The notes: generated by a model from the sequence alone, not told the origin. DNA of 64,000 nucleotides from Bryobacterales bacterium (GCA_965248255.1 CBDFIW010000002.1:276162-340161), one strand, 5' to 3'; numbered from the stretch's first letter, positions 9,698 through 22,574 are shown. Numbers and translations are program-made.

Positions 9698-10759
9698 TCA
9701 CTGCGTCCCTTCACTCGGGACCTCCCCGCGGCCGACGAGTCCGTGGCGTAACAGGTGTGCGTGCAGCACCTCGGCAACAACTTCGTGCCCCTGATCGTCG
9801 AGGTGAATGTTGTCGGGAAGACGCTCTTTGCCCCCGTGTTCGACGATCACGGGGTACAGGTCGAGGAAGGGTATTTCCAACTCCTCGCAGATCTGTTTCA
9901 TCAGGCGCTGGGGCTTGAGAACGTAGTCTCGGTCGCGCTCGAGCAGATCAGCGCCAAACTGCGGACCGTAGGGAAACATGGCCAGCGTGATGCTCCCGCC
10001 GGTTTCACGAATCGCATCTCGCATCGCGGCGAGGTGCTCGCGAAACGGTTCCCAGCGGTCCTCTTGCCACCCGACCGCGAAGTCGAGCTGGCCTTCCCAC
10101 GGGAAGTCGTGCACGGGCGTTCGCCAGCGCATGTAGACAATTCGCAGCCGTAGCCCGAGGTAGCTCCACGTCGGCAGCCACCCAAGAGGATCTCCTTCGT
10201 TCGGCAGCAGCACGCGCCGAGCCTCTTCCGTGAAAAGCATGCCGCTTTCGGCGTTGAAGTTGTGGAGAAAGCGGTGGTTGTCGTTAAGACAGTACTGCAC
10301 GATGAGCAGATCAGGATCGAGCGGCAGCAGGTCGCTTTCAAAGAACATCCGTTCCTGATATGTCGTGTAGCCCGGAATCGCGGCGTTGATGACTTCCGCG
10401 CCGTCGCCCAGGCGGTCGCCCAGCCTTTTGACGAAGCCTTTGGAGGGCCAAGCCACTGAGTCGCCAACCACGATGATGCGTTGCCGGCCGTCGGTCTTTG
10501 TGGGTGAGACCTCGGCGTTGCGGATGCCGAGGGAGTTGATGCCCTCGCGTTTCGGGTTGATCCGGTAGCCCAGGATCGGGTCCGGCAATACGCGGTGTTG
10601 TATCTGCTCGTCAACGTAAGGCCTGCCCCCCGTGATGAGCGTCGTCCAGACCGCTTGCCAGCTTCCTTCGGCGCGAAAGCGTAGAACGAGTTCCACCGCC
10701 GTCACCGCCAGAGTGACGCTCAAAAGAACCGTGACGACGGCGAGGGTCTTTCGTCTCAT
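9698..10759 (-). CDS. SGNH/GDSL hydrolase family membrane-anchored protein (paralog 2)
   Basis: VGDSVAW, INAAIPGYTTYQE, CLND and DNIHLD; collinear with 6944-7984. Confidence 0.85.
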   Translation of the reverse strand: MRRKTLAVVTVLLSVTLAVTAVELVLRFRAEGSWQAVWTTLITGGRPYVDEQIQHRVLPDPILGYRINPKREGINSLGIRNAEVSPTKTDGRQRIIVVGDSVAWPSKGFVKRLGDRLGDGAEVINAAIPGYTTYQERMFFESDLLPLDPDLLIVQYCLNDNHRFLHNFNAESGMLFTEEARRVLLPNEGDPLGWLPTWSYLGLRLRIVYMRWRTPVHDFPWEGQLDFAVGWQEDRWEPFREHLAAMRDAIRETGGSITLAMFPYGPQFGADLLERDRDYVLKPQRLMKQICEELEIPFLDLYPVIVEHGGKERLPDNIHLDDQGHEVVAEVLHAHLLRHGLVGRGEVPSEGTQ

Positions 10760-10791
10760 GGGTGGCTGCGGAAGGTGGGGCCGGAGGTGTC

Positions 10792-10897
10792 TAGTCGAAT
10801 GTCGCGAAGATTCCTTAGGCGTAGGAGTGTAGGGGCGGGCCGCTGTGCCCGCCCGGCTGCTCGTTTACCATCAGGTTTTCTTTGCGACAGTCCACTA
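10792..10897 (+). mobile_element. MITE family X, intact ~106-bp copy with an internal REP-like hairpin
   Basis: TIRs TAGTCGAATGTCGCGAAGA and TCTTTGCGACAGTCCACTA; internal GTAGGGGCGGGCCGCTGTGCCCGCCC. Confidence 0.7.
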
Positions 10898-11251
10898 TTG
10901 GGCGGCTTCGTCGTCGAACCACTCGTCCTGGGGGTCGAAGGCCGGGATGGGAATATTCACGATACGCATGTTCCCGACGGCACGGTGCCGGCAGCCTGGC
11001 TTGATAAAAACCGAGGTCATGGGCCTGACCGGGATGCGCTCGCCGTCCAACTCCATATGGCCCTCGCCTTCGAGTACCAGATAGATCTCGGTCATCTTTC
11101 TGTGGTAGTGGACGCGTGAATCGGCGCTGATGTCGACGACGTGGAGGGTGGCCACTGAGTTGTCATCCGTGGCGAAAGCCCGCCGCGCGGACCCGCAAGG
11201 GCATGGGATGGGCTCGAGTTCGTCTATGTGCGCAATCATGTAGTTCGGCAT
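10895..11251 (-). CDS. Cupin domain protein
   Basis: HYHRKMTEIYLVLEGEG and IKPGCRHRA cupin motifs. Confidence 0.9.
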   Translation of the reverse strand: MPNYMIAHIDELEPIPCPCGSARRAFATDDNSVATLHVVDISADSRVHYHRKMTEIYLVLEGEGHMELDGERIPVRPMTSVFIKPGCRHRAVGNMRIVNIPIPAFDPQDEWFDDEAAQ

Positions 11252-11404
11252 AGCGTCTTCTAACCTATCATCAGCAAGCGGGGAAGGACCGCACGTTGAT
11301 AGGAGCCGCCGTCCGCCTGCTCGAACAGCTCCAAGTCAACGCTGTTACGTCTTTTGAAAGAGCTTATGGGCTCCCTGCGCTTGGACTTCGTTTGGACCGT
11401 AGAT

Positions 11405-11419
11405 AATACGTTACGTATT
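11405..11419. promoter_or_regulatory. Palindrome AATACGT-T-ACGTATT between divergent genes, candidate operator
   Basis: 7+1+7 perfect palindrome in an AT-rich patch 50 bp upstream of 11470. Confidence 0.35.
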
Positions 11420-11469
11420 GTAACTAGCGGTAGACTGAAGCACCATCGGCGCCCCACGCTACTTACACC

Positions 11470-14340
11470 ATGACCTTGACTTTGCGCGGCACGCAACTAC
11501 AACCCACCTGGGCGCACGGCCGGCAGGCGATTCGCGTCTGCGTTGCCGCCGGTGCTCTTTGCCTGACCCTAACGTCTGCTTTCGCTGAGCCTCCCCTCGC
11601 CTTCCGCGTTCAGTTCGGTCTGACCGATCGGACGCCCTCGGATTGGAGCGGGTTGCTTCAGGTGCGCGGCGGCGAGGTGACCCATTTGCGCAACTGGCGT
11701 CCGCGCCCTGGGGATCAGGTCGGCGTGACGAGTTGGCGACTCGCGACGCGCGAAGGGCCGCAGCGTGCCGGTTTGGGCCGCTATGGGAGGCTGCTCTCCT
11801 GGCCGGTTCCCGCCTACCTCACGATTCCCGGCTTGATTGTCTACGTTGAAGCCACACAGGCGACTGAAGTGAGCTTCGAGACTCCGCGGGGCCGCTTTGC
11901 CGTGAGGCCGGTCGAACTGGACGTCGGCGAGCCACAAACGTTCCTGGATGGTGCGGTGGTCGTTGATCGCGTCCCTGCGGCGGTGGCGCTCTCGGACTAC
12001 TATTACCAGGACGATTTCGTCACTCTGCTAGGCGGCCCCGGGAAAGAGTTGTTGGCGGCATGGATCGGCTATCGCACCGGTACCGAGCAAATCCGTGCCA
12101 GGCTCTGGAATGGAGACTCTTGGGAGTATGTGCCAGGTCCGGACCAGGGGCGCGGTGATCACTATTGGGTCAAGCTAGGCCGTGACCGCCTTGGAAAGGT
12201 CTGGGCGGTCTGGTCGGAGCAGATCGATGGCAACTGGGACCTCTACGGCTGCTATCTGCGCGGCGACGAGTGGTCAGCCGCCCAGCGGTTGACGAGCGCC
12301 CCCCAGCCCGACGCGTTCCACAGCCTGGCGACTGATGCCAACGGACAGATGTGGCTCGTTTGGCAAGGGTTCCGCCAGGGACAAGCCGACATCTTCGCGC
12401 GACGGTTCGATGGCGAGGAATGGTCGGCGGAACAGCGAGTTTCTTCGTCCCCTGCCAACGATTGGGAGCCGGCCGTTACGGTCGATGGGGTGGGCCGCGT
12501 GCACGTCGCGTGGGACACCTACGACAAAGGCAACTACGACGTGATGCTTCGGAGCTTCTCGAACAGCGCCTGGTCGGAGCCGATCGCCGTCGCCGATACA
12601 GCAAGGTACGAGGCGCACGTCAGCCTGGCGTGCGATCGGCAGAACCGTCTCTGGGCGGTGTGGAACGAAAGCGGCATTGAGTGGGGCAAGGATACAGGCT
12701 TCCACGTCTTCAAGGAAGGAACGCAGCTCTACCAGTCGCGTTCGATCGGGATTGGCGTCTACGAGAACGGTGTGTGGAAGACTCCGGCGGCCGAAATCAA
12801 TCGCTCGCTACCGGAAGATCTCCGCGACTATAACGACTCCCCACGGGTTCAGATGGATGGCGACGGACGTATGTGGGTCTTCTTCCGTCACCGCCTGCTG
12901 CGGTTCCAGAACCTGCCCAATACGGGGGATGGCGCGCATTGGGCGGCCTGGGAACTCTGGGGAACGGCGTATCAGGGCGACCGCTGGATGACACCGATGC
13001 ACGTGCCCTTCAGCGGGGGACGCCAGGACATGCGCTGGGACCTGGCTCTCGACAGTGAAGGACAGCTTCACGCGGCGTGGCCCACCGACGAGCGCGACTA
13101 CGAGCACTTTCTTTTTCAGGCCGGGGAGGTCTACGCGGCGCGATTGCCGGTGCCGGACGGCCCTGCCCTACCGCCCAAACTGAAACGGCGAGCTACGCCC
13201 GCCATGCTTGCAGCCACGTCGATCCACGCAAACGAGGCGAGGGACGTAGAGGCGATTCGGAACTACAAGATCGAGTCCGGCGGCAAGACGTATCGCATCT
13301 ATCGGGGCGACACTCACCGCCATACTGAATTCTCGTTCGATGGCAACAACGACGGCAGCTTACTGCACGCATACCGCTATGCGCTCGATGCGGCGGCGCT
13401 CGACTATCTCGGTGTAAGCGAGCATATCGGCAAGAACCTGCCCGACGGCACCCGTGGCGCCGCCGGGGCAAGGGAGACCGACTACTACAGTTGGTTTGGG
13501 CAGAAAACGGTTGACCTGCTGACGCTGCCCGGCTCGTTCGTGCCGCTTTACGTCTATGAACGCAGCGCACGCTACCCGAACGGCCATCGCAACATCATCT
13601 TCGCCGAGCGGGGCAACCCCGGCCTGATGATTCCGCCCGAAGAGCAGCAGGGTCCGGTGCCCGCGGCGGCTCTCTACAGCTATCTGCGGAAGTACAACGG
13701 CATTGCCATTCCCCATACACCCACGGGCTCGGGGACGGACTGGCGCGAGAACGATCCCGCCGTCGAGCCGCTGGTCGAGATTTACCAAGGCATGCGGACA
13801 TCAGCGGAGTACGAAGGTGCGCCGCGTTCGCGGCACCGCGACAATCCGCTCACGGGCACGCCTCGGGAGAAGGGGTTTGTTTGGAATGCCTGGGCAAAAG
13901 GCCACAAGATCGGCGTGCAGGCCAGCTCCGACCATATCTCGACGCACATCTCCTACGCCTGCACGATTGCCGAAGGGTTCACGCGCCACGGCCTGCTTGA
14001 TGCGATGCGAAAGCGGCACTCCTACGGCGCCACCGACAACATCATCCTCGACTATCGGCTGCAGGCGGATGGGGAAGAGTACCTGCAAGGCGACGTCGTG
14101 GGGCAGGTGGGGGATTTTCGGCTGTGGGTCAACGTCGTGGGGACGGCAGCGATTCGGCAGATCGATATCATCAAGAACAACACGTTCGTGCATACCCGCC
14201 AGAACCTCCGCCGCGAGGTCAGCTTTACGTTTGTGGACAACGAGTTGGCGCCCGGAGAGAGCTACTACTACGTGCGGGTGATTCAGGTCGATGATCAGAT
14301 CGCCTGGTCGTCACCGATCTGGGTGACCGAGATGGAATGA
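11470..14340 (+). CDS. Secreted multidomain protein: propeller-like repeats plus PHP/DUF3604 (CehA/McbA-like) metallohydrolase domain
   Basis: Signal peptide, repeated W-x-x-W blades, and metal motifs GDTHRHT, GVSEH, GHRN, IPHT, VEIYQ, ASSDH. Confidence 0.7.
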   Translation: MTLTLRGTQLQPTWAHGRQAIRVCVAAGALCLTLTSAFAEPPLAFRVQFGLTDRTPSDWSGLLQVRGGEVTHLRNWRPRPGDQVGVTSWRLATREGPQRAGLGRYGRLLSWPVPAYLTIPGLIVYVEATQATEVSFETPRGRFAVRPVELDVGEPQTFLDGAVVVDRVPAAVALSDYYYQDDFVTLLGGPGKELLAAWIGYRTGTEQIRARLWNGDSWEYVPGPDQGRGDHYWVKLGRDRLGKVWAVWSEQIDGNWDLYGCYLRGDEWSAAQRLTSAPQPDAFHSLATDANGQMWLVWQGFRQGQADIFARRFDGEEWSAEQRVSSSPANDWEPAVTVDGVGRVHVAWDTYDKGNYDVMLRSFSNSAWSEPIAVADTARYEAHVSLACDRQNRLWAVWNESGIEWGKDTGFHVFKEGTQLYQSRSIGIGVYENGVWKTPAAEINRSLPEDLRDYNDSPRVQMDGDGRMWVFFRHRLLRFQNLPNTGDGAHWAAWELWGTAYQGDRWMTPMHVPFSGGRQDMRWDLALDSEGQLHAAWPTDERDYEHFLFQAGEVYAARLPVPDGPALPPKLKRRATPAMLAATSIHANEARDVEAIRNYKIESGGKTYRIYRGDTHRHTEFSFDGNNDGSLLHAYRYALDAAALDYLGVSEHIGKNLPDGTRGAAGARETDYYSWFGQKTVDLLTLPGSFVPLYVYERSARYPNGHRNIIFAERGNPGLMIPPEEQQGPVPAAALYSYLRKYNGIAIPHTPTGSGTDWRENDPAVEPLVEIYQGMRTSAEYEGAPRSRHRDNPLTGTPREKGFVWNAWAKGHKIGVQASSDHISTHISYACTIAEGFTRHGLLDAMRKRHSYGATDNIILDYRLQADGEEYLQGDVVGQVGDFRLWVNVVGTAAIRQIDIIKNNTFVHTRQNLRREVSFTFVDNELAPGESYYYVRVIQVDDQIAWSSPIWVTEME

Positions 14341-14475
14341 GGAGGCTCGCCTCGGGTGTGCCGCCAGCCCAGGGGCACTCCCTTAAGGTCATGGCTCAGT
14401 TTTGGCGGCGTCGGTATCGTCCCGCCACTAGTGTTTTGTTTCAAAAGTTAGCGCACGAATGAAACTACGAAGCGT

Positions 14476-17207
<2,732 letters not shown>

Positions 17208-17218
17208 CCGAGCGGTCC

Positions 17219-17329
17219 GGCTTCGTTTTCGTGGACAACGAGTCAGCGCCCGGAGAAAGTTACTACTACGTGCGGGTGATTCAAGTCGATGATCAAATCG
17301 CCTGGTCGTCGCCGATCTGGGTAACCGAG
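17219..17329 (+). repeat. Diverged duplicate of the last ~37 codons of the 11470-14340 gene
   Basis: Matches 14221-14331 (FVDNE.APGESYYYVRVIQVDDQIAWSSPIWVTE) with mostly synonymous differences. Confidence 0.9.
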
Positions 17330-17485
17330 CCGCGACCGCAAGGGAGTCGCCATGGGCCTACGGCCCACCCAAGGAGATGAAAACCGGTGGGTTTTCGACC
17401 GAGCGGTCTCCGCGAATCAATAATCCGTTCCCGTGTAGGACGTGTTGACGCTCCATTCGAGGAGCCTCCATAGTAGGACTTCCGC

Positions 17486-18871
17486 TTGCTATTCGAGGCC
17501 CGGATGCGCCCTTCAACACGATGTCTTGCTCATCTGCTTCTGTTCTGTTTTTCTTCGTTGACGCCGGCGGCTTCCGCGGAATCCTGGAAGGCCGGCGTTG
17601 CGAAGGTGCGCATCACCCCGGACCGCCCACTGTGGATGGCCGGTTATGGCTCCCGCGACAGGCCTTCCCAGGGGACCGCTCAAGAACTCTACGCCAAGGC
17701 ACTTGCTCTCGAAGACGAACGCGGCAAACGGATCGTGCTGGTCACGACCGACATGCTTGGGTTTCCGCGCGATGTGGCACAACGGGTCACCGGCGAGGCC
17801 GGGCGGCTTTACGAGCTGCCGCGAGAGGCGATCCTGCTGAACTCGTCTCACACCCACGCCGGGCCCGTGGTAGGCCGCAACCTGGCAGCGGCTTACCCGA
17901 CCATGACCCAAGAACAGTGGGCGCATGTGGACGAATATACAAGGCGTCTGGAGGGCCAGCTCGTGCGTCTGATCGGAAGGGCGGTCGATGAACTGACGCC
18001 GGCCCGGGTTCAGTTCGGGCGGACCCGTGGCGGTTTCGCGGTGAATCGGCGTCGAAAGACACCCGCGGGCTATCGAGGCGGGAACAGCAACTGGGAAGCG
18101 CCGGTCGATCACGATGTGCCGATTCTGCGAGTGGAAGACCCGAACAGTGGCCTGCGAGCAGTGGTGTTTGGATACGCTTGCCACAACACCGCCATTCGCG
18201 GGGATTTCTATCAGTTCCATGGCGGCTGGGCGGGCTCGGCGCAAATGCGTTTGGAAGAGAAGCACCCGGGTGCTACCGCTCTGTTCGTCATGGGTTGTGG
18301 CGCGGACGCCAACCCCTACCCCCGCGGCAACGAGCTGCCCGACGTCCATGGCGAAGCGCTGGCGGCGATGATCGAGCAGGCTTTCGAAAAGCCGTTTCGG
18401 CAGGTGCGAGGACCTCTGCGCACAGCCTACGAGGAGTTCCCGTTGGCGTTTGCCGCGCCTCCGTCGCGAGAGAAGCTCAAGGCGGAACAGAAGGGCGACA
18501 ATCCTTACCGCAGCTACCACGCGCGCGAGATGCTGAAGATTCTTGATCGTGAGGGGCGTCTCCCGATCGAGTATCCCTACGCGGCACAAGTGTGGAAGTT
18601 CGGCGACGACCTGACGCTCATCGCACTGGCGGGCGAGGTGGTGGTGGACTACGCCTCGCGGTTGAAGCGCGAGCTGGGCGCCGGGAAACTGTGGGTGGCC
18701 GGATACAGCAACGACGTGTTCGCGTATATCCCTTCGCGGCGAGTGCTGGAGGAAGGCGGCTACGAAGCATCGGGAGCGATGATCTACTACTTACAGCCGG
18801 GGCCGTTCACGCCGGCGGTGGAGGAGACGATCATCCGCAAGGTTCACGCGCTGGTGAGGCGCACACGGTGA
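17486..18871 (+). CDS. Neutral/alkaline ceramidase N-terminal domain family protein
   Basis: WKAGVAKVRITP, MAGYG, SHTHAGP, YACHNT, GCGADANP, AGYSND and EGGYE. Confidence 0.85.
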   Translation: MLFEARMRPSTRCLAHLLLFCFSSLTPAASAESWKAGVAKVRITPDRPLWMAGYGSRDRPSQGTAQELYAKALALEDERGKRIVLVTTDMLGFPRDVAQRVTGEAGRLYELPREAILLNSSHTHAGPVVGRNLAAAYPTMTQEQWAHVDEYTRRLEGQLVRLIGRAVDELTPARVQFGRTRGGFAVNRRRKTPAGYRGGNSNWEAPVDHDVPILRVEDPNSGLRAVVFGYACHNTAIRGDFYQFHGGWAGSAQMRLEEKHPGATALFVMGCGADANPYPRGNELPDVHGEALAAMIEQAFEKPFRQVRGPLRTAYEEFPLAFAAPPSREKLKAEQKGDNPYRSYHAREMLKILDREGRLPIEYPYAAQVWKFGDDLTLIALAGEVVVDYASRLKRELGAGKLWVAGYSNDVFAYIPSRRVLEEGGYEASGAMIYYLQPGPFTPAVEETIIRKVHALVRRTR

Positions 18872-19015
18872 CCGCTGATACCGCGTTCAAGGCGGTGCAT
18901 CCGCCATCGCGAAACAGAGCCGCGGGCGGAAGCCCGCGGTCATCCGCTCCGGACTGGAGACGATCATGCTGAGTAGCTGGTGCGTCAGTCACTTACTTCG
19001 GCGCCAACATCGCTT

Positions 19016-20050
19016 ATGAAAGATGGAATGAATGAAGCGGCGCTCACACCCGTCAACTGGGGGATTCTCAGCACGGCGAAGATCGCGGTCCGGAAAGTGA
19101 TCCCTGCCATGCTGAAGGGCCGACTTGGCCGCGTGTCCGCAATCGCTTCGCGTGACCGCGACCGGGCGCGTGCCGGGGCGCAGGAACTGGGGATTTCCAA
19201 AGCATACGGATCCTACGAGGAACTGCTAGCCGACCCCGACATCGAGGCGATCTACAATCCCTTGCCCAACCACTTACACGTGCCTTGGTCTGCCAAGGCG
19301 GCGAGGGCGGGCAAACATGTGCTGTGTGAGAAGCCACTCGCCATCACGGCCGAAGAGGCACAGACGCTCATCAAAGTCAGAGACGAGACGGGGGTTCTCA
19401 TCCAGGAAGCGTTCATGGTGCGCAGCCATCCGCAGTGGCTGCGGGTGAGGGAATGGGTTCGTGAGAGGCGGATCGGCGAGCTGCGGACGATCCAAGGGTT
19501 CTTCAGTTACACCAATCTCGACCCCGCGAACATCCGCAACCAGATCGATATCGGGGGCGGCGGGATCTACGATATCGGCTGCTACCCCATCACGACGTCG
19601 CGCTTCCTCTTTGAAGCCGAGCCGTCCCGCGCGGTCGCTTTGATCGAGCGCGATCCCGAGATGGAAGTCGACCGGCTGACGAGCGGCATGCTGGACTTCC
19701 CCGGCGGGCAGGCGAGCTTTGTCTGCTCGACGCAGCTCGTGCCGTTCCAGCGTATGCAAGTGTTCGGGACGAAGGGGCGAATCGACATCGAGATTCCCTT
19801 CAACGCACCGCCCGATCGGCCCTGCCGGATCTTTATCGATGACGGCAGTGCAGCGCCTTCGCCGAGTTCGGCCCGAGAAGAGACCTTTGACGTAGTGGAC
19901 CAGTACACCCTGCAAGCGGACCTGTTCTCCCGCGCGATCCGCACTGGTGAGCCGCTCGAGTTTCCGCTGGAGGACGCCGTGCGGAACATCAAGGTCATCG
20001 AGGCGTTGTTTCAGTCGGCGGAGAGCGGCCGGTGGGAGACGGTGGCATGA
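19016..20050 (+). CDS. Gfo/Idh/MocA family oxidoreductase
   Basis: WGILSTAKIA, YNPLPNHLH, HVLCEKP and GGGIYDIGCY. Confidence 0.9.
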   Translation: MKDGMNEAALTPVNWGILSTAKIAVRKVIPAMLKGRLGRVSAIASRDRDRARAGAQELGISKAYGSYEELLADPDIEAIYNPLPNHLHVPWSAKAARAGKHVLCEKPLAITAEEAQTLIKVRDETGVLIQEAFMVRSHPQWLRVREWVRERRIGELRTIQGFFSYTNLDPANIRNQIDIGGGGIYDIGCYPITTSRFLFEAEPSRAVALIERDPEMEVDRLTSGMLDFPGGQASFVCSTQLVPFQRMQVFGTKGRIDIEIPFNAPPDRPCRIFIDDGSAAPSPSSAREETFDVVDQYTLQADLFSRAIRTGEPLEFPLEDAVRNIKVIEALFQSAESGRWETVA

Positions 20051-20115
20051 GCGGGTCATCGGGGAGGTAGGGGCGCGCCATGGCGTGCCGCGGGCTCGTG
20101 GAAAGAGAGGACCGC

Positions 20116-21180
20116 ATGCCTGAGGCGACAAAACTCGCTGTAGTGGGGTTGGGCCGTATTGGAGTGGTCCATGCTGGGCATGTGCAGCAGCTCGCCGCAA
20201 CGGGGGCCTGCCGGTTGGTGGCATTGGTCGACTGCGACCAACCGCGCGCCGAGACCCTGGCGGCGGAGCTAAAAACAGGCAGCAGCGGCATTCGGACGTT
20301 CGCGAGCATCGAGGAGTTGGTCGCCTCCGGGATCAGCAATGCCGCTGTCGTCTCGACGCCCACCGATCAGCATCAACAGCACGCCGAGGCGTTGATCGCG
20401 GCGGGTCATCGTATCTTGCTCGAAAAACCGTTGACGGACTCGCTGGACTCGGATCGTGAGTTTGTCAGCGTGCTGAACAAGACCGCTCCGAACGCTCTGA
20501 TGCTGGCCTTCCAGAGGCGGTTCGACCGGCCTCTCGTGCGCGCCAAACAACTTCTCGACGAGGGCGCGATCGGACGGCCGTTTAAACTGGTCTCGGTTAT
20601 GGAGGACTCGCGTCCTGTGCCTCCGGGATATCGCAGCGGGGGCCTGCTGCAAGACATGTCGGTGCACAATGTAGACGAGGCGCTTTGGTTGACGGGCCAG
20701 ACGCCCACCGCGGCGCTGGCGACGGGCGCGCAGCTCTACAGTCATCGGCTCTCGACGGCAAACGAGGACTTTGACGACGGCTTTCTGCAGATCTGGTTCG
20801 GGCCGGACATGGCGGCGCAGATCCACGTGACCCGCAACCATGTCCCTGGATATCGGGTCGAGACGTGGATCTTCGGTGAGGAGGGGAACATTCACGTGGG
20901 CCACTTCGAGCAGAAGGGAGAGGTCGTCGTCGAGGCCTATGGACGGGAGCGGAGGCTGGCGCGGGATGTTTTTCTGCTGGCTGATTACGGGCGTGAATGC
21001 CCGGAGTTCGTCGCCCGCTTCGGCCAGGCCTATCGCGATGAGTTGGCGTACTTCGTGGAGCAGTGCCGCAGCGGCGAGCCGTTCGCCGTCAACCAAAACG
21101 ACGGGCTGCGCGCGATGGAGGTCATAGACGCCGGTTTGCGCTCTCTGATGGCGCGCGACGAAGCGAGCAGTATTGGTTAG
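20116..21180 (+). CDS. Gfo/Idh/MocA oxidoreductase, myo-inositol dehydrogenase-like
   Basis: VVGLGRIG, LEKP, FQRRFD and SGGLLQDMSVHNVD; RBS GAGAGGA. Confidence 0.85.
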   Translation: MPEATKLAVVGLGRIGVVHAGHVQQLAATGACRLVALVDCDQPRAETLAAELKTGSSGIRTFASIEELVASGISNAAVVSTPTDQHQQHAEALIAAGHRILLEKPLTDSLDSDREFVSVLNKTAPNALMLAFQRRFDRPLVRAKQLLDEGAIGRPFKLVSVMEDSRPVPPGYRSGGLLQDMSVHNVDEALWLTGQTPTAALATGAQLYSHRLSTANEDFDDGFLQIWFGPDMAAQIHVTRNHVPGYRVETWIFGEEGNIHVGHFEQKGEVVVEAYGRERRLARDVFLLADYGRECPEFVARFGQAYRDELAYFVEQCRSGEPFAVNQNDGLRAMEVIDAGLRSLMARDEASSIG

Positions 21181-21288
21181 GGGCCGTGAAAAAATGGGGA
21201 CTGTACCGAGCGGCGCCCACGTAACTTCTTTGTTTTCAGATCCCGCAGGTGGCGCGAAGCGGACTGTCCCCGATTTTTTCACGGTCCC
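21181..21288. mobile_element. 108-bp MITE (family Y) with TTAG target duplication
   Basis: TIRs GGGCCGTGAAAAAATGGGGAC and GTCCCCGATTTTTTCACGGTCCC; TTAG at 21177-21180 and 21289-21292. Confidence 0.75.
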
Positions 21289-21305
21289 TTAGAAGGAGGT
21301 TCCTG

Positions 21306-22394
21306 ATGACAAAGCCGGCGCCGCGCGCGCCTTTTGCAGGTGGGCGCCGCGAGTTCCTATTGGCCGCCGTAGGTAGTTTAGCCGCCTGCGCCCCGCCCGA
21401 TCCGTCGTATCGCGAGCCGGAGGACTTGGTCGTCAACGTCACCTCGCGCGACCAGTGGGCCCGGCGGCGCGAGACCGTGCTCTACAACCTGCAGCTCGTG
21501 ATGGGGGAGTACCCCAAGCATGAGAAGCCACCGCTCGACGTCGAGGAACTCGAGAAGGTCGGCTTCCCCAAGTTCACACGGACGAAGATCACCTACGTCA
21601 GCGAGGAGAACGACCGTGTCCCAGCCTACCTGCTGATGCCGAAGGACCGCCCGGGACTCACGGGCAAGGCAGGCAAGACGGCCGGCATGCTGTGCCTGCA
21701 TCAGACGACCAAGATCGGCAAAGGCGAGCCGGCGGGGCTGGGCGGCAAGCCGGATCTGCACTATGCCAAAGAGCTGGCCGAACGAGGCTACGTGGCCCTG
21801 GCGCCCGACTACCCCAACTTCGGCGACTACCAGTTCGACCCCTACGCAAACGGCTACGTCAGCGCCACCATGAAAGGCATCTGGAACCATGCGCGCGCAG
21901 TCGACCTGCTGCAATCGCTGCCCGAGGTCGACAAAGACCGCATCGGCTCAATCGGCCATTCCCTCGGCGGACACAACACACTCTATGTCGGCGCGTTCGA
22001 CGAGCGCATTCGTGCGCTGGTGACGAGCTGCGGCTTCAACTCCTTCTACAAGTACAAGGGCGGCGACCTGTCGGGCTGGAGCCACAAGGGCTACATGCCT
22101 CGTATCGCCGAGCGTTACGGCAAAGACCCGGCGCAGATGCCGTTCGATTTCACGCACGTCCTGGCGGCCCAGGCGCCCCGCGCGGTCTTCATCAACGCGC
22201 CGGTCGGTGATTCGAACTTCGAGGTCTCAGGTGTGCGCGACTGTGTCAACGCGGCCATGCCAATCTACGACGACATCTTCGGCGCCGGCGAGAAGCTGGT
22301 CGCCGTCTACCCCGACGCCGGCCACGAGTTCCCGCCCGACATTCGCGAACAGGCCTACGACTTTCTCGACCGCTGGGTGGGAATCGCGGCTTGA
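21306..22394 (+). CDS. Exported (Tat/lipoprotein) alpha/beta hydrolase, dienelactone hydrolase-like
   Basis: RREFL..LAAC signal, GHSLGG nucleophile, D and GH catalytic motifs; RBS AAGGAGGT. Confidence 0.85.
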   Translation: MTKPAPRAPFAGGRREFLLAAVGSLAACAPPDPSYREPEDLVVNVTSRDQWARRRETVLYNLQLVMGEYPKHEKPPLDVEELEKVGFPKFTRTKITYVSEENDRVPAYLLMPKDRPGLTGKAGKTAGMLCLHQTTKIGKGEPAGLGGKPDLHYAKELAERGYVALAPDYPNFGDYQFDPYANGYVSATMKGIWNHARAVDLLQSLPEVDKDRIGSIGHSLGGHNTLYVGAFDERIRALVTSCGFNSFYKYKGGDLSGWSHKGYMPRIAERYGKDPAQMPFDFTHVLAAQAPRAVFINAPVGDSNFEVSGVRDCVNAAMPIYDDIFGAGEKLVAVYPDAGHEFPPDIREQAYDFLDRWVGIAA

Positions 22395-22475
22395 GCTCGG
22401 CCTCAGGGGCTCACGACTCTCCCTCATGCAGCGCACCACGATTCGCGGCGCCGCCCCGCACCGCCACGCGGACGC

Positions 22476-22570
22476 GAGCCCCCGAAGGGGGCGGCCCAGA
22501 TATCAGCCCAGTGCGTAAGCGCTGGGCGAGAAAGACTCAAAATCGATCGGGCCCTGTAAGGGCGATTCAA
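22476..22570 (+). repeat. REP-like compound palindrome, family B
   Basis: GCCCCCGAAGGGGGC...CCCAGTGCGTAAGCGCTGGG...GCCCTGTAAGGGCGA. Confidence 0.7.
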
Positions 22571-22574
22571 CTAG

